The notes below the pieces were generated by a model. It made no database searches. It saw only the letters and a program-made list of their open reading frames with translations, and was not told the origin of the DNA. Position numbers and translations under genes: made by a program. A stretch of 64,000 bases of DNA from positions 186,001 through 250,000 of the forward strand of contig JAAOMT010000557.1 in NCBI GenBank assembly GCA_016748015.1, given 5' to 3'. Positions within the stretch are counted from its first letter, which is position 1, and each line of letters begins with the position of its first letter. This document shows positions 26,704 through 38,313 of this stretch, one piece after another. This DNA is from Geosiphon pyriformis uo1. Its lineage: Eukaryota > Fungi > Glomeromycota.

Positions 26704-26748
26704 TATAATGAAATTGGAAAAATAAAATTGAAATTATTTTTGGTATGT

Positions 26749-26751
<3 letters not shown>

Positions 26752-26844
<93 letters not shown>
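26752..26844 (+). repeat. Poly(T) homopolymer, ~93 nt (poly(A) in element B sense)
   Basis: Read directly from the sequence. Confidence 0.9.
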
Positions 26845-26940
26845 CTTTTTATGTTATTTTTGTTTTTCAGTGTGCTTTGTTTTGTTTTTGTTGTGACATT
26901 TTTTCTAAATTATAAGGGAATAACTATAGTAAAATTGAAT

Positions 26941-28314
26941 TTAAGTGTTCAAGTTGGGGGGTTGTTTAATGACAACTATTGGTTTTAAGTTTCAGAGAAT
27001 ATCTTTGGGATTGATTAAAAGAGAATGTATACCAATTTGTGGAATTAATGGTTCAGAATTGTTTCTGGAATTATAGTATTTCAAACAATCTCTATGTGCA
27101 ACTTTTGCTAGAATTTTGTTATCAAGTCTTAACTTGTATAATCTGTTGCCTAGAACTTCATGGATAAAGAATAGCCCATCCCATTTATTTTCAAATTTTC
27201 CACTCCATTGTTTTTCAGCTTTAGTTCTGTGTAAGAGAACTTTGTTTCCAACTTTAAATTCATTGGTGACTGGAGGCAATTTGTTGTCATGCCATTCTTT
27301 TTGTTAAGCTTGGGAGTGTTCAATATGGGTGGCTGCTATTCGTCATTTTCCTTCTAACATGCTAAGCAGAGTGTAGACTCTTTGTTGAAGTGTTTTCTGG
27401 AAATTGTTTTTATCAATTGGTTGTGCTGAGTATGTTTTCACTGTGAAACTAATTGGTAACGTTGCTGTCCTTTTGTAAGTTAAATCAAATGGTGTGTGTT
27501 TTGTGGTATTTTGTTTTAGTGTTCTGTATGCTAGTAATACTGATGGAATAAAGATATCCTATTCTTGCTCAAAATCAGTTGAGACTTTGGCTAATGACTC
27601 ACACAATGTTCTGTTAAAACATTCCACAAGTCTGTTTGTCTGTAGATGGTAGAGCGAAAACAGAGATCTTTTGACATTGAATTGTTTACAGATTTCTTAA
27701 ATTAAATTGTTCACGAAATGTGTTTCTTAATTGATTGGACATTCATGTCTACAGATAATATCTTCATAGATGAAATTTGCTACTGATTTTGCATCTGCTT
27801 GTTGAATGGCTTTGGCTTCGGGCCATTTAGTAAGATAGTTTATGGCTACTACAATATAACAATTTTCTTAGTTTGTGATAGGTAGTGGTCCGACTAAATC
27901 GATACCAACTCAGTCAAAAGGCTGTCCAACTTTGATTGGGTTTAAAAGTTCTATAGGGTGAGTTCCTTCTCTTCTTTGACAACTATCACAAGATTTAACG
28001 TATTCATGAATGTTTTTTCTCATTCGAGGCCAAAAGTAATATTCTAATGTTCTTTGGGTGGTGCTGTCTTTTCCTAGATGTGCTAATGAAAGGTCCAAGT
28101 GCATGTTGTATAAAATAGTTTCTTTTTTATGTTCTTGTATTAATTTAAGTGGACTGTCTGGGTTTCTGAAGTTTTAATAATAAATAATGTTATTGTGTAA
28201 GAAGTATTGTTTGGCTTGTTGTTGTAACTGACGTTTTTCATCTGGGAACCAATCTGTTGGAATTATTAATGTCTCCAGATATTGTTTAAGATTGTTGTAG
28301 TTTTCGGGGTTCAT
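26941..28314 (-). pseudogene. Element B integrase ORF
   Basis: Own ATG (MNPENYNNLKQYL); HLDLSLAHLG..CDSCQ (HHCC), GIDLVGPL, KWDGLFFI (GPY/F-like). Confidence 0.85.
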
Positions 28315-28363
28315 TGTTTGTTGTTTTGTTGCTGTTAATTCAAATGGGTGTTGGTTCTGTTTT

Positions 28364-31300
28364 CTAATCTTGCCCTATTCTTGAAAGACAATCAATGTTG
28401 GTGTGAAGTTTCCTGGTTTGTGATGTACAATGTATCAATAGTTGGCTAAAAATCCTGTCCATCAGGTTTGTTTTGTGTTCAGTTGGGTGTTTTTGTTCTG
28501 AAGCCATTTGAGCCCAATATTATCAGTGATAATATCAAATTTTTTAGGCCTGAGATAAAGGTTGAAGTGGTGTAGGGCCCAAATTACGGCTGCTGTTTCT
28601 AGTTCTGTGGCAGGGTAGTTTTTCTCGGCTGGTTTTAATGTTCTGCTAGCATAAGCAATTACTTGCTCATTTCCATTGTTATCTAATTGTGATAAGATGG
28701 CATCAAAAGCAGTATAAAAAGTGTCTGTAGCTAGTCAAAATTGGTTATTAAAATCTGGGTAAGTGAGAATTGGAGCTGTTGTCAGCTTTTCCTTGAGAAT
28801 TTCAAAAGCTTTTTGGTGTTTTTCTGTCCATTTGTATTTGATGTTTTTAGTAATGAGCTGGTTGAAGAGTTTTGCAATTTTTGAGAATCCTTTGATGAAT
28901 TTTTGGTAATAGGAAGCTAATCCAATAAATTCTCTCAATTCTGTGGTATTTTGTGAAGTCTTGAAGTTTTTGATAGTGCTGATTTTTCCAGGGTCTGGTT
29001 TAATTCCATTTTTGCTAACAATGTGACCAAGAAAGGCCAAACTTGTTTTTCCGAAGTAGCATTTTTTGATGTTTAGTTTCAATTCTGCTTTTCATAATCA
29101 TTGAAAAACTTTTCGCAGGTGTTTTAAGTGTAATTCAAAAGATGATAAATAAACATCAGTATTATCGAAATAGACAACTACTGATTTCCAAAGGAAGCCT
29201 TTGTAAACAACATCCATGAGTCTTTGAAATGTTGCTAGTATATTGTATAATCTAAAAGGCATTACATTAAACTCGTAATTTCTTTCTTGAGTAGTGAATG
29301 CTGTTTTGGGGCGATCTTTGGAATTCATGACAACTTGCCAGTATCCATTTTCTAAATCTAATGTCAAAAAGTATTTGGACTTTCCAAGAACATCCAACAT
29401 GTCATCAATTCGAGGAAGAGGGTAGGCATCTCCAATGGTGACACTGTTGAGTTGTTGATAATTAACACAAAATCATATCTTTCTATTTTTTTTTTTAACT
29501 AAGATCATAGGTGAGGCCCATGGATTCATTGATGATTAAATAAGCCTATTGTTGAGCATCCATTGTATTTCTTCTCTGATAAATTGGTGGCTTTCTGAAG
29601 CAACTCAGTAGGCTTGTTGTTGCCTTGGTTTGGCATCTCCTGTATAGATTTGGTGTTGAACCAAATTGGTTCTTCCTAAGTCATTGTTGTTTTCAGCAAA
29701 GATATCAGCAAATTCTGCAATTAGCTTTTTGAGCTGGTTCTGTTGTTGTGGTTTAAGTTGTTCTATGTTGATTCAAGATAGTTTTTCCATGACAACATGG
29801 TAGTTTTTAGAGCTGGGGTTTGGGTTGATTTTTGGTAGTGAATGTTCAATGATTTCCGAGAAATTGAGAACTGTTTGGGGTAGTTCTTGTTGAAAGATGT
29901 TACTGTGAATGACTCCAATTTCTAAGTTATTTAATAAAACTATGAGATAATTGTTGGAATTGTAAAAAGTAACTCAGACTTTCTTTGTTCCTTCTGGAAT
30001 ATAAATGTTTGGGATCAAGATATTATGTTCCAAGCAGACTTGTTCATTGAATTCAAAAATTTGTTGTGTGGTTGTTGGCTTTAGGCAGGTGTAGATTTCC
30101 AGATGTTCCCCAAAGGGTGAAATAGTAACTGGTTATGGAAGTTGTAGAATCTGGTGAGATTTACTTTGTTCATTAAAAGCTATGTTTACTGGAACTGTAA
30201 ATCATCTAGTTGAACCAAAACTATTGGTTCTTCTTTCACTTTTTCCCAATTGTTCTCTTTGACTAACTAATTGTAAACCTGAAATGTTGATTAAGAGTAA
30301 ATAAATAGCTTGAGCAATTTTTTCAGCATGTTCAATCTGAAAAGGTTTATCAGTTTCATTTTGTAACATGATTGTAATGTCTCCTGTATATCCAGCATCT
30401 ATAATTCCTCCTCTAACATTGATTTCTTTGCTTGCCAATGATAATCGTGAAGTGATTTGGACCATTGCTCCTGGTGGGATTTCGAGGGCAATTTTGAGGT
30501 TGATCTTGATAAGAGAATTTGGTTAAAGAACCAAAGTGTCTTTTCTTGGATATTGTAAATTATATCCAGCATCAATTTCATGTGCTTTTTTAGGCTTTAT
30601 TCCTTGTCCGTTGTTGTTGAAGTATTTGAGCTGTAAAGCAAACTGACTTTTAATAAAATAGATGAGTGTCGTTTCAATTTCTTCCATTGCTTTAAGTTCA
30701 CCAAATTTGATTTTATATTCGTCACTTTTACTGGGTAATAGAATGCTAAAGGCATAGCATTCAGGACATCATTGTTCATCACAAGGCATTATGCATTCCT
30801 CATATAATTTAATGTTCATTTGCTCTAGCCATTAAGCTTGAGCTCCTTTGGTCGGGTAGGTGTGACTTGCGATTTGATGGTACACTTCTACTTTATCTTT
30901 ATAATCGAATCCAGCTAATTCCAAGCTATATTTGATATATTCAGCTTCTTTCATTTGAAGGACATCTTTTTTGGTTCCTCTGTTAATTAAAACCATGGCA
31001 AGTTCATAGATCATTTCGGCGTCATGGGAGTAATGATAGAGTTTGTTGAGAGCACTATTGTATGCAATATTGAAAGGTGTTCCACGTTTTACTTTTTCTG
31101 CAATAGAAAGAGCATATTGGCAAGTTTGATCACAGATTTTTTCTCTAAATGCAATATCAATCCAGTCACATTTATCAGGAAGCTGCTTTCCACAAGTAAG
31201 ACAGGATGTTTTATTCCATTTTCCACTTCTTTTGATCAAGTGGCCCTATCATTCTCGATAACAGGCCTTGCAGTAGTAGCAGGTATGACTTTTATATTCT

Positions 31301-33914
31301 TCTTCAGGTGAAATACAAGCTCTCATTGACGATAGTTTCTTGTGGCAGTCCTTACATTTAAGGGGAATATAGGGGCGTTGTTTCCTTGGTTTAGGCTTTA
31401 AGTAAGGGATATTCCATCCAGGAGTTTCAGGTTCAGAGTGTGGAGTAAAATGTTCTTGTTCAGTTTCCTTGGCCCAATTGGACGTTGATCCAAGAGCCAT
31501 GAATGTTTTGATTATTGGTTTTTTTTCTTCTAGTTCAAATTCAAAAGCCAGGGCTTTTTCAGAGTATTTGTTGAATGTACCACAAGTAGCAGGTACTTGG
31601 GCATGTTGTCCTTGGTAAGAGATTTGTAGTTCTTGGATTTCCCAGTCTAATTTCGCATTGGCTTTTTGAAGCCAGTCATTTCTAACAAGAGCTTGATATT
31701 GAGGAGCGTCTATTACAAGAACTTTGACTGGAATGGTGATTCCATTAAGAGTAAACAGAAAATTGTTAATTTCTCCCACTGGAGTCTTTTTCATGCCATC
31801 AGCAGTGACAATTACTGTTTGAGCTGATTGGTCAACATTTTTTTTTAACTGTTGCATTAACTAGTAAGTAATAATACTTCTAATGGATCCACTGCTTAAG
31901 ATTAAGCGAATTGTCTTTTCTTCAACTTTAGCTTCAGTATACATAGCTGTGATTGCTTTCTGTTCATTTGCAGCAGCATTGCTGAGTAGAAATGAGGATT
32001 CATTGGCTTTAAACTCGAAAGGAAAGATATCAGAGAGATTGGTGTTTTCAGCAATTCTGGCTGGTAGAATAGTGGTGTAGTTATAAGAAGGATTTTGTTG
32101 TTGTGCTGCAGCTCTACCTTTCAAGAGTGCAATATGATGAAAATCCTGTTCTTCTGGCATTGTTAAATAACTGGGTTGAGTGTGATAGTGGTTGGGTCTT
32201 GGTTGAGCAGAATTTTGGGGAACCAATTGGTTGTTTGAACTGATTCTATTGTTGTTTACTTGGTATTGGTTTTGTGGTGTGAATTGATTTTGTGTAATCA
32301 ATCTTTGAGCAGATACCTGATAATGTTGTGTGGATAGTAAGCTGATAGTGGTTGATAATAAGATTGCTGTGGTGGAAGGTAACATTGATTATTCTTCTGT
32401 TGTTAGTCTTATTACAATTTTCTACAATCGCATTTCCAGTGTCTTAGAATTTCACAATAATGACAATTTTGGATTTGGTTGTTGGATGGTGGTCCAAAGT
32501 TGTTTTAATTGTGTCATTGTGAGGGTTGATATCTTTGTGATTGTTGTAATTGCTGCAGCTGTTGTTGTTGCTGTTGGTTGGTGAAGTAGTTTTCAACTTT
32601 TTTGGTTAATTGGTCAATCTTTTTTTCAACTACTGAGCTGGTTTCTCCAATAGCCAGGTTAACAAGTTTGGTATGGTTGGCTTCTTTCATAGCCATTTCA
32701 TGGTTTTTCACCTATTAAATAGCAGTGGCTAAATCTTCTGGTACATGTGGGCAAACTTTCTTGATAAGTTTGTCTTTTAGTCCAACAATGAATTGGTCCA
32801 AGATTTGTGCATTGGAGTAGTATTCATTGGTTTCTAATTGGTGAATCCTTCTAAGCAGTTTGTTGAATTTCCCAAGATAGGTCATAACTGATTCACTTGG
32901 TTCTTGCTTGATATTTCAGAACCAATTTCGAAGGGTAATGAAAGTGTTATTGTCAGTGAACTGTTCTAGAAAAGCAGTTTTGAATACTTCTCAGTGTTCT
33001 GATGGGGCTTCTAAGTTTTCAAACTATTCACCAGCTGTTCCTTGTAAGAAGTATGGAATTGCTTTTAACATTCTGGCAGTATTCCAACTATTTGTATCTC
33101 CTGCTTTTGAGATTTTGTCAAGCCATTCTTGAGGACTGGTTTTGCTGTCTTCTCCTGTGAACTCAGAGATTTTTGCAATATATGTGGAGGCCATTTTTTC
33201 TTTGTTTTCCAAGTCTTCTGTTTCTTGTTCTGTTTCAGTTTTTTCGCTTTCCAAACTTTCTAAATGATTACTTTCGTTTTTCTGTAAGTAATCAAGAAGA
33301 TTGGCACTAGTTGAGATTGGTTTTTGTTGTTGAATAGGGCTTTTGGGTGACTGAAAATCTTCTATTCTTGAAAATTGAATAAGAGGTGAATTTGGTGTTT
33401 GTGGTTGAACAAATAAAATTGGAAATGGTGTGATAGAAAGTGGTAATTTGACGCTGGTTCCTTGTTCAGGTGTTTGCAAGTGTTTGGCAGTTGTCTTTGT
33501 CAGTATTGGAGTGTTTGAAGTGGTTTTTGAGTGTTGTTTCACTTTTTGTTTGCCTTTGTTGCTTGTTTTTGTTTCTGATTCAGAGTCAAAAGAGTATTTG
33601 AATTGCACTGGATATTTTTCTTTGCAATACTTGATAATGTTATAATTGAGTTCTTGGAAGTAGGTGGCAAGTGTTTTACTGTTAAGGTCTTCAGTTCTTA
33701 GTCGTGAATAGTGCACTAAATTATTGTAGAAATTGCTTCTAATTTCTGAAATGTTGTAATTTCCAAGAAGATAATTGTTGATACAATTTTCAATATATAG
33801 GTAAAGTGTTTTCTTGACAATTTCAATTCCGTCTGGAATGTTGAATCTTTGCTTGCAATGAGTGTAAATTGACTGGTAATACTCTAGAGTTGCTGTGTCT
33901 AGTGTGGTCACCAC
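28364..33914 (-). pseudogene. Element B Gag-PR-Cys-rich-dUTPase-RT-RNaseH polyprotein, disrupted
   Basis: Gag 33024..33914, protease region LILSSGS..ALVRNDW, CKDC..CYYCKAC, dUTPase GGIIDAGYTGDI..FGST, RT LDLENGYWQ..FNVMPF..VVVYFDN, RNase H IAYASRTL. Confidence 0.88.
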
Positions 33915-33942
33915 TTTGAATTTTGTTGTTGCTGTGTTATTT

Positions 33943-33958
33943 CCGTGGGAGAGCACCA
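33943..33958 (-). promoter_or_regulatory. Primer-binding site of element B (TGGTGCTCTCCCACGG)
   Basis: Starts with TGG 2 nt after the 5' LTR end, complementary to a tRNA 3' CCA end; a decayed copy is at 23833-23848 in A; tRNA identity not determined. Confidence 0.75.
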
Positions 33959-33960
33959 AA

Positions 33961-34940
33961 TGTTACCAGAAATTTTTGGTCTCTTTTTTTAAATGTTGTT
34001 TATGTCTGTTTGTTGTGAATTCACGTTTTCTGGATGTGGTTGAACCTCCAGTAACTGAATTTATCTTCAAATTATCTCCTATAATTTGAACTGCTGGGCT
34101 TATAGTGGAATGGCCAATTCTATGCCAGTTACTTGACTGTAGTTATATTGTAATAAATGTCAACTCTTTCCCAGGAATCGCTCATTTGGAAGCTCACTAA
34201 AAATGTGTAGTTACTTTGCTGTAAAAGTCAACTCTTCTATAGAAACCTTGTCTATAGACTACTTTAATGATTGTAATAAGAAAAGAACAGAAAAATAAAA
34301 GAAATGTAAAAGAAATAGGATTTTATCAAGGAAAACGTTTTCTATTCAGGCCTGGAGTCACTAATAGTTTACTGAAATTGGTAGCTAATCAATTTCAAAA
34401 CGTTAGTTGGGTTTTTGAAGATTTTCCAAGTGTAATAATTAAAAAATTTGGTTTTTTGAATTATTTAATATTTATTTCTTTTTGTGTGTGTAGGAATGAT
34501 TCTAAGTGCTAAATCTAAAGTAAAATACATTTTCTTGAAAAGAGAAGCTCTTCTTTTATACAACTTGTCATAACACTATTTTATGAACTTGAACTTTGCT
34601 ATTTTCTACAATTTCACTGAACTAAAGATACATTTTGGCAAACTACAAGTTATTTCTGCGAACTATTAGATATTTTGGTAAAATAGCAATTATTTCGGCG
34701 AATTTTTACAAATTTCGGCAAACTTTTTGAATATTACATAGTTTGGGGTATTGCATGATTAATCATTGCAATTAAGTTACATTTATGTTATGTGCAAATT
34801 GAGTTATTAATTAAATAATAATTTCGGACATTCTGCTAATGTAATAAATAATAATTTGAATGATAATATATGCTAATTAATGATAGGAATTATAAAGATA
34901 ATTTCATGCTAAATAATATCTTTAATTTCGTCTGGTAACA
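33961..34940 (-). repeat. 5' LTR of element B
   Basis: TGTTACCAGA...TCTGGTAACA termini; related to the reverse complement of the A LTRs. Confidence 0.95.
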
Positions 34941-34944
34941 CTGT

Positions 34945-37900
34945 CCACATGCACCAGCAGACTTAGAAACTGCTATTAGACATACAAAGAACTATAAAAT
35001 AGCTATGGAAGAAGCAAACCACACCAAACTTGTCAACCTAGCTATTGGAGAAACCAGTTCAGCAGCTGAAGAGAAGATAGACCAACTCACAAAGAAGATT
35101 GAAAGCTACTTCACAAACCAACAACAACAGCAACAACAATCACAAAGATATTAACCCCCACAACAATGCAATTAAAACAATTTTGGATCATCATCCAACA
35201 ACCAACCTCAAAATTGTCATTATTGTAGAATTTCAAGACACTGGAAACAAGATTGTAGGAAATTACAAAGAGACCAACAAAACAGGAGTAATCAACGTTA
35301 CTCTTCACCACAACAATCTTATTACCAATCTTCACTATCAACCTATTATTTACCAAGACCACAAAATCAAAACAGTTACTATCAACCAGCTCCACAACCA
35401 ATGCAGCAACAATATCAGCAACCTTTACCAATTCAGCCATATCAGACACCACCCACTCAACAATATCAAGTACCAACAAGAGAATTGGTTCAACATAACC
35501 AATTTACACCCCAAAATCAATTTCAAAATAACAACAACAGAATCAATCCAAATAATCAGTTGGTTCCCCAAAATTCTGGTCAGCAAAGACCCAATCACTA
35601 TTACACTCAACCCAGTTATCTTACAATACCAGAGAAATCGGATTTTCAACAATCTGCACTTTCTGAAGGTAAAGTTACAGCACTCAGGTCAAACCCTTCC
35701 AACAACACTATTCCACCAGCTCAAATTGCCCAAAATGCCAACCTTTCAGATATATTCTTATTCGAATTTGAAGCAAATGAATCACCATTCTTGCTTAGTA
35801 ATGCAGCAGCTAATGAACAAAGAGCTATCACTGCCATGTACACTAAAGCTACAGTAGAAGAAAAATCCATCTGACTAATTCTAGACAGTGGATCAGCTGG
35901 AAGTATTATCACCTACTAGTTAATACAACAGCTTCAAAAAACTGTTGACAGACCAGCCCAAACTGTAATTGTTATAGCAGATGATATGAAAAAGACACCA
36001 GTAGGAAAAATTGACAATTTTCCATTTACCATTGATGGAATCACCATTCCAGTCAAAGTTCTAGTTATGGATGCATCCTAATACCAAGCTCTGGTCAGAA
36101 ATGATTGGCTTCTTAAGGCCAATGCAAACTTGGACTGGAAAACTCAGGAATTAAAAATCTCATACCAAGGACAATACACTATAGTATCTATTACTTATGG
36201 TACTTTTAATAAACGATCAGAAAAAGCCCCAGTATTTGAATTTGAAGAGGAGAAAAAAATGCCACTTACTGAAACCTACATGGCTCTTGGATCAACATCC
36301 AATTGGGCTGAAGAAACAGAACAGGAGATTTCTGAAGAATCAAAAGGATGGAAAAAAGTTAGATATTCTACACCAGAACCATGGAAACAACCACTTTATA
36401 TTCTACTTAAATGCAAAGATTGCAACAAGAAACTTTCATCAATGAGAGCATGTATTTTTTTAGAAGAGGAATATGAAACTTGTACCTGTTACTTTTGTAA
36501 AGCATGCCATAAAGAACGATTTGGATCTCCAAAAAAAAGTGGAAAATGGGACAACACATCTTGCCTTACATGTGGAGATATGTTACCAAAAGAATACAAC
36601 TGAATTGATGTTGCAATAAGAGAAGAAGTATGTGATCAAACCTGTCAATATGCTCTATCAATTTCGAAAAAAGTCAGAAGAGGAATACCATTTGATGCAG
36701 CATACAACAGTGCTTTCAATAAACTTTACCACTACCCTTATAATGCTGAAATGATTTTTGACCTAGCAATGACATTGATTAATAGAGCCACTCAAGAAGA
36801 TGTCCATCAAATGAAAGAAGCTGAATACATTGAGTATACCATGGAATTAGCTGGATTTAATTATGAAGATAAAGTAGAAACCTACCACCAAATTGCAAGC
36901 CACACATACTCAACTTAAGAAGCTCAAATTCAATGATTAGAGCAAATAAACATTCAATTGTGTAAAAAATGCATCATGTTTTGTGATAACAAATGGTGTT
37001 CAGAATGCTATGCTCTTAACATTCCTCTGCCAGAGAAAAATGATGAAAATGAAATCGAATTTGAAATATCTGAACTGGTAGAAAAACTACCAATCATCCC
37101 TATCTATCTTCTTGAAAAGCAACCATCTCTACAACTTAAATATTTTGACAACCATGGCCAAAGAATCAGACCAGAAAAAGCACACGAAATTGATGCTGGA
37201 TATGACTTAAGATATCCAGAAAAAGATATTTTGGTTCTCCAACCAAAGTTCTTGACAAAAATCAATCTCAAAATTACTCTTGAAATTCCACCTAGAGCAA
37301 TAGTTCAAATTGCATCCAGATCATCATTGGCAAGCAAAGAAATCAATGTTAAAGGAGAAGTTATAGATGCAAGATATACTGAAGACATTACCATCATGTT
37401 ACAAAATGAAACAGACAAACCATTTAGGATTGAACATGTTGAGAAAATTGCCCAAGCAATTTACCTACCCTTAATCAACATTTTGGGATTACAATCAATT
37501 AAAAACAGAGAACAATTGGGAAAAAGTGAAAGAGAAACTCAAGATTTTGGTTCAACTGGATGATTTACAGTTCCAGTAAACATAGTTCTCAATACACAGA
37601 ATAAATCTTACCAGATTCTTCAACTTCCCCAACCAATTATCATTTCACTTTTTGGTGAACATCACGAAATTTACACTTGCTCAAAACCCACCACTACCCA
37701 ACAAATCTTTGAATCCAATGAACAAATCTGTTTGAAACATGAAATCTCAATCCCAAACATTTATATTTCCAAAGGAATGAAAAAATTTCGAGTTACATTC
37801 TATAATCCCAATAATTACCCCATTGTCTTATTGAACAAATTAGAGATTGGAATCATACACAGTAATATTTTTCAAGATAAAAACCCTCAAATTGTCTCTA

Positions 37901-38313
37901 ATTTCATCGAAATTATAAGACATACACTACTTTCAAATCCAAACATTCTTTCTACCACTGAAAACTACCACCTTTTAGAAAAAAAACTCTCTCAAATCAA
38001 CATGGGTCCCTTGGAACCCCAACAACAAAGACAATTGAAACAAGTGATAGCTGAATTTGCAAATATATTTGCAAAAAACAACAATGACCTTGGAAAAACA
38101 GATATTGTTTAACACCAAATTCATACAAAAAATGCTTCACCAAAACAACAACAAGTCTATTGAGTTTCACCTGCTAGCCACCAATTTATTAAAGAAGAGA
38201 TCCAAAGAATGCTTAATAACGGATTGATTCAACCATCAAGAAGTCTATGGGCCTCACCAGTAGTTCTTGTCAAAAAAAAAAACAGAAAAATCAGATTCTG
38301 TGTTGATTATCGA
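34945..38313 (+). pseudogene. Element A polyprotein, middle part: gag C-terminus/CCHC, protease, Cys-rich insert, dUTPase, RT N-terminus
   Basis: CHYCRISRHWKQDC, LILDSGSAGSII, CKDC..CYFCKAC, AHEIDAGYDLRYP..SRSSLA..VIDARYTEDI..FGSTG, SLWASPVVLV..RFCVDYR; ORF fragments starting at 35005, 35401, 36130, 36958 and 37732 all share one frame. Confidence 0.9.
37135..37560 (+). pseudogene. dUTPase domain inside the element A polyprotein (homologues ~30205-30630 in B, ~40470-40895 in C)
   Basis: All five dUTPase motifs are recognisable across copies: AGYDL, SRSSLA, GGIIDAGYTG, KIAQAI, R...FGSTG. Confidence 0.9.

Larger units (their letters stand above)
25036..34940 (-). mobile_element. Ty3/gypsy-type LTR retrotransposon B, same family as A, full length (~9.9 kb), inserted antisense into A gag
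   Basis: 980-bp LTRs 25036-26015 and 33961-34940, PBS, PPT, complete domain set; TSD CCAT/CTGT (inferred ancestral CCGT). Confidence 0.94.

Noticed and set aside
26680-26988. 102-aa poly-Phe ORF
   Set aside because: It is just the translation of the poly(T) run
35099-35857. 252-aa N/T/I-rich ORF
   Set aside because: Alternative frame of the CAA-rich Gln/Pro gag linker; the true frame carries the CCHC knuckle and protease
37135-37560. Host dut gene or endogenous virus
   Set aside because: It is in frame within the LTR element polyprotein in three copies, and there are no DNA-virus hallmark genes
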